Source: Phallusia mammillata
Lineage: Eukaryota
DNA length: 64,000 nucleotides
NCBI GenBank assembly: GCA_965637545.1
Contig: OZ281498.1
Location: forward strand, 4,402,001-4,466,000
Reading direction: 5' to 3'
The notes below the pieces were generated by a model. That model was not told the DNA's origin and made no database searches. It saw only the letters and a program-made list of their open reading frames with translations. The position numbers and the translations under genes are program-made. This document shows, in pieces, positions 61,901 through 64,000 of this stretch. The stretch's first letter is position 1. Every line of letters begins with the position of its first letter.

Positions 61901-64000
61901 AGCAAAAAACTTTCCCGCCGTTACTATCTAAGCAAAAAAAAAACTATCTAAGTCTGTGGTGTATGCATTAAATTGGTGTATGCACTATGTATGGTGACCG
62001 GCTATACCTTTTTAATATAACGGTAACGAGCTTCCCTCAAACTTGTTTCACTTTTACACTTTCTATAGGTCTGCTAGCGCTTCAAAAACTGCGAAGTTTT
62101 TGTATCATCCTTAAATTTGATAAATCTAGTGTAAGTTATTAATGTGGAATGTATAGGTTTCTCTTTTGCCGAGTAATGCCCCATTACTTTTAATCAAAAT
62201 AACAAAAATAGCTATTGTTTGCGCATAATCGTATGATGTTATCTTGTCTATGACGTCACAAACTTTGCTTGGATGCGTTAGAATTGCGTGAAATTGACCC
62301 TCAGTGTTGTTGTAGCAATTAAATTGGGTTTTAATTCGATATTGAGTCAGTGCCCTAGCAAGGGGGCGATTTCGCTAAAATGGTTGAAGACCACTGGTTT
62401 AGGTGGTCAAAATCCGTTTTAAATCACTGGATAAATACGCGATTAATGTATCGATTCGGGAATCCGGCCCGCCAAGTACTTTATTTTCCCATATCAGGCC
62501 CGCCGACTGGAGAAGTTGCCCGTCCCTGGTCTAGTTACTACACTTACTGGTACAGGTTCTTCCATCGTCTTCCAAAGTGTAACCATAGCGACAATCGCAC
62601 TCGTAAGATCGATGGGTATTGATGCAAATCTGATCACAATCGTGCTCGTTTTCAACGCATTCTTCCAAATCTACAAAAATAAAATTATTCGTATAATGTC
62701 TGCATTGACAATTAATCCTTCGGTTTATCAAAAGTACTAAGTGACACATGAATGAGTTCATAAGTTGAAACCAGTCACTTTGATACGCATTAGTAGCTTA
62801 CCCACGCAGTTGACGGCACTAAAGTCAAGTCGCATTCCAACGGGACATTCACAACGAAAACTTCCCGGTGCAACTGAAATGCATGTGTCCGAGCAGGGAG
62901 CAGAGAGACAAGGGTCGTTTGCTGTTGGACAATCGATACCAGTTAAAAGTTTTTTCATAGTTAAGTTTAGTACGAAAGTTGCCTACCAAAGCAAGAATAT
63001 CCATCTGGTTGCAGGGAAAAAGTGTCGTAGCAATCGCATCTGTATGAACCAATCGTGTTCACGCAGCGTTGACTGCAGTTGTGCGTTTCCAACACACACT
63101 CATCGACATCTGCCAGAAAAACATTAAAATAAAAAAAACTAAACGTTGCACATTTTCATTTAAAATTTATTTCTATGCAGACCAATTGACCTATTGGGTC
63201 TAATGTATGTCATTTCGGAGCAGTGCACTTAGCACAAGAATGAACGGAAAGGATAGTTAACGCAAAAAGACGTTAGGGTAATTTTACACATAAATGGTCA
63301 ACTGCAGTGAGATTCTATTTTTAGTGACCAACATGGCGTAGGATTTTTGTGTTAAACTAGTGTAGGTTTGGAACCAGATTTTAGGCATAGTTATGTTTTT
63401 CAGTTAAAATATTTGGTTAACCTCAAACATTTTTGTACTTTACCGCATATAGTAGTGTCGTGGACATTCACATCGATCATGTGGATCGCGTCAAAGTTTC
63501 TGACGTGAAACTTATGTTCTGCTGTCGGCTTTGAAGCGATTTCGGTCAGTTCTTGGGCATTTGCTTTCCTTCCAATTCCAATGGAGTATATCTCGATTCC
63601 AGATTCCTAAAAAGATATTTTTGGAGTAAGCCTGCATATGTGGAAATGAACAATGATTTGACACATGACGTTTTACGAGTGCAACGATTTTAAGCACGAA
63701 CCTTTGCCGTTCGCTGCCATTGGGTAACAGTTCCTCGAAAATAATCCTGGGATCTGCCGTCAGTGATAATTACAGCGATTCTATGAACCATAGGATTGTC
63801 CAATCGTGCTCCATGTGCTTTAGAGAAGGACCGTGTGGTCATAAACTTTAGCGCTTCACCGGTCATAGTACCTGGATGCATAAAATCATTATACCACCGC
63901 CAAAGTGTTGAGTTACCAATAAGATCGTTTACCAGTTTGCATATAAACGATGTTATCAATTGCGTTCATGAGATCACGTTTGTTGTCGAACTGGTTAAGT
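55985..64000 (-). CDS. Matrilin-like extracellular matrix protein: VWA - 3 EGF - 7 FN3 - C-terminal CxC coiled coil, 5' partial
   Basis: VWA exons >64000-63933, 63702-63871 and 63444-63606 ([12 protein letters not shown]...[12 protein letters not shown]...ELTEIASKP). EGF exons 62987-63109, 62802-62921 and 62548-62670 (DVDEC, DLEEC calcium-binding type). FN3 exons 61232-61396, 60728-60841, 60511-60668, 59897-60041, 59644-59780, 59337-59481, 58580-58734, 58428-58507, 58287-58362, 57808-57938, 57570-57696, 57361-57515, 56924-57190 and 56777-56879. Coil exon 56205-56323 ([31 protein letters not shown]). The last exon 55985-56015 (LEICECRNI*) is less certain. Confidence 0.85.
56330..56472. mobile_element. 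Partial hAT MITE (right end only)
   Basis: GAGCCGC subterminal motifs and end GTTTGAGAATCACTG at 56472. Left end not found, so the start is approximate. Confidence 0.5.
61738..62528. mobile_element. Non-autonomous hAT MITE (791 bp) in an intron of the matrilin-like gene
   Basis: TIRs CAGGGGCGGGCAAC / GTTGCCCGTCCCTG, perfect TSD GTCTAGTT, subterminal GGCCCGC motifs. Confidence 0.92.

Overview
AT-rich, intron-containing animal genomic DNA with short GT-AG introns. The compact gene spacing and gene content suggest an ascidian/tunicate, but this is inference only. Splicing the exons by eye gives nine protein-coding genes. (1) An SLC16/monocarboxylate-transporter-family gene (minus, 3' end runs off the left edge). 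(2) A 10-exon GPR84/Moody-like rhodopsin-class GPCR (minus). (3) A JmjC 2-oxoglutarate oxygenase (minus, 5' end unresolved). (4) An 18-exon secreted protein of about 809 aa with 17 EGF-like modules, all on phase-1 exons and visibly expanded by tandem duplication (plus). (5) GLD2/TENT2 poly(A) polymerase (plus). (6) NDUFB8 with an intronless CDS (plus). (7-8) Two tandem paralogous orphan type-I membrane proteins with the same 4-exon structure (plus). (9) A matrilin-like VWA-EGFx3-FN3x7-coiled-coil protein (minus, 5' end runs off the right edge). Introns and intergenic DNA hold eight complete hAT-type MITEs with 8-bp TSDs, two elements with 9-bp TSDs (one carrying internal (CCCTAA)6), a TA-flanked MITE, four copies of a short tRNA-derived poly(A) SINE, and a split minisatellite/inverted-arm structure at 23.7-26.6 kb. 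Exon boundaries and identities were read manually; no database searches were run.
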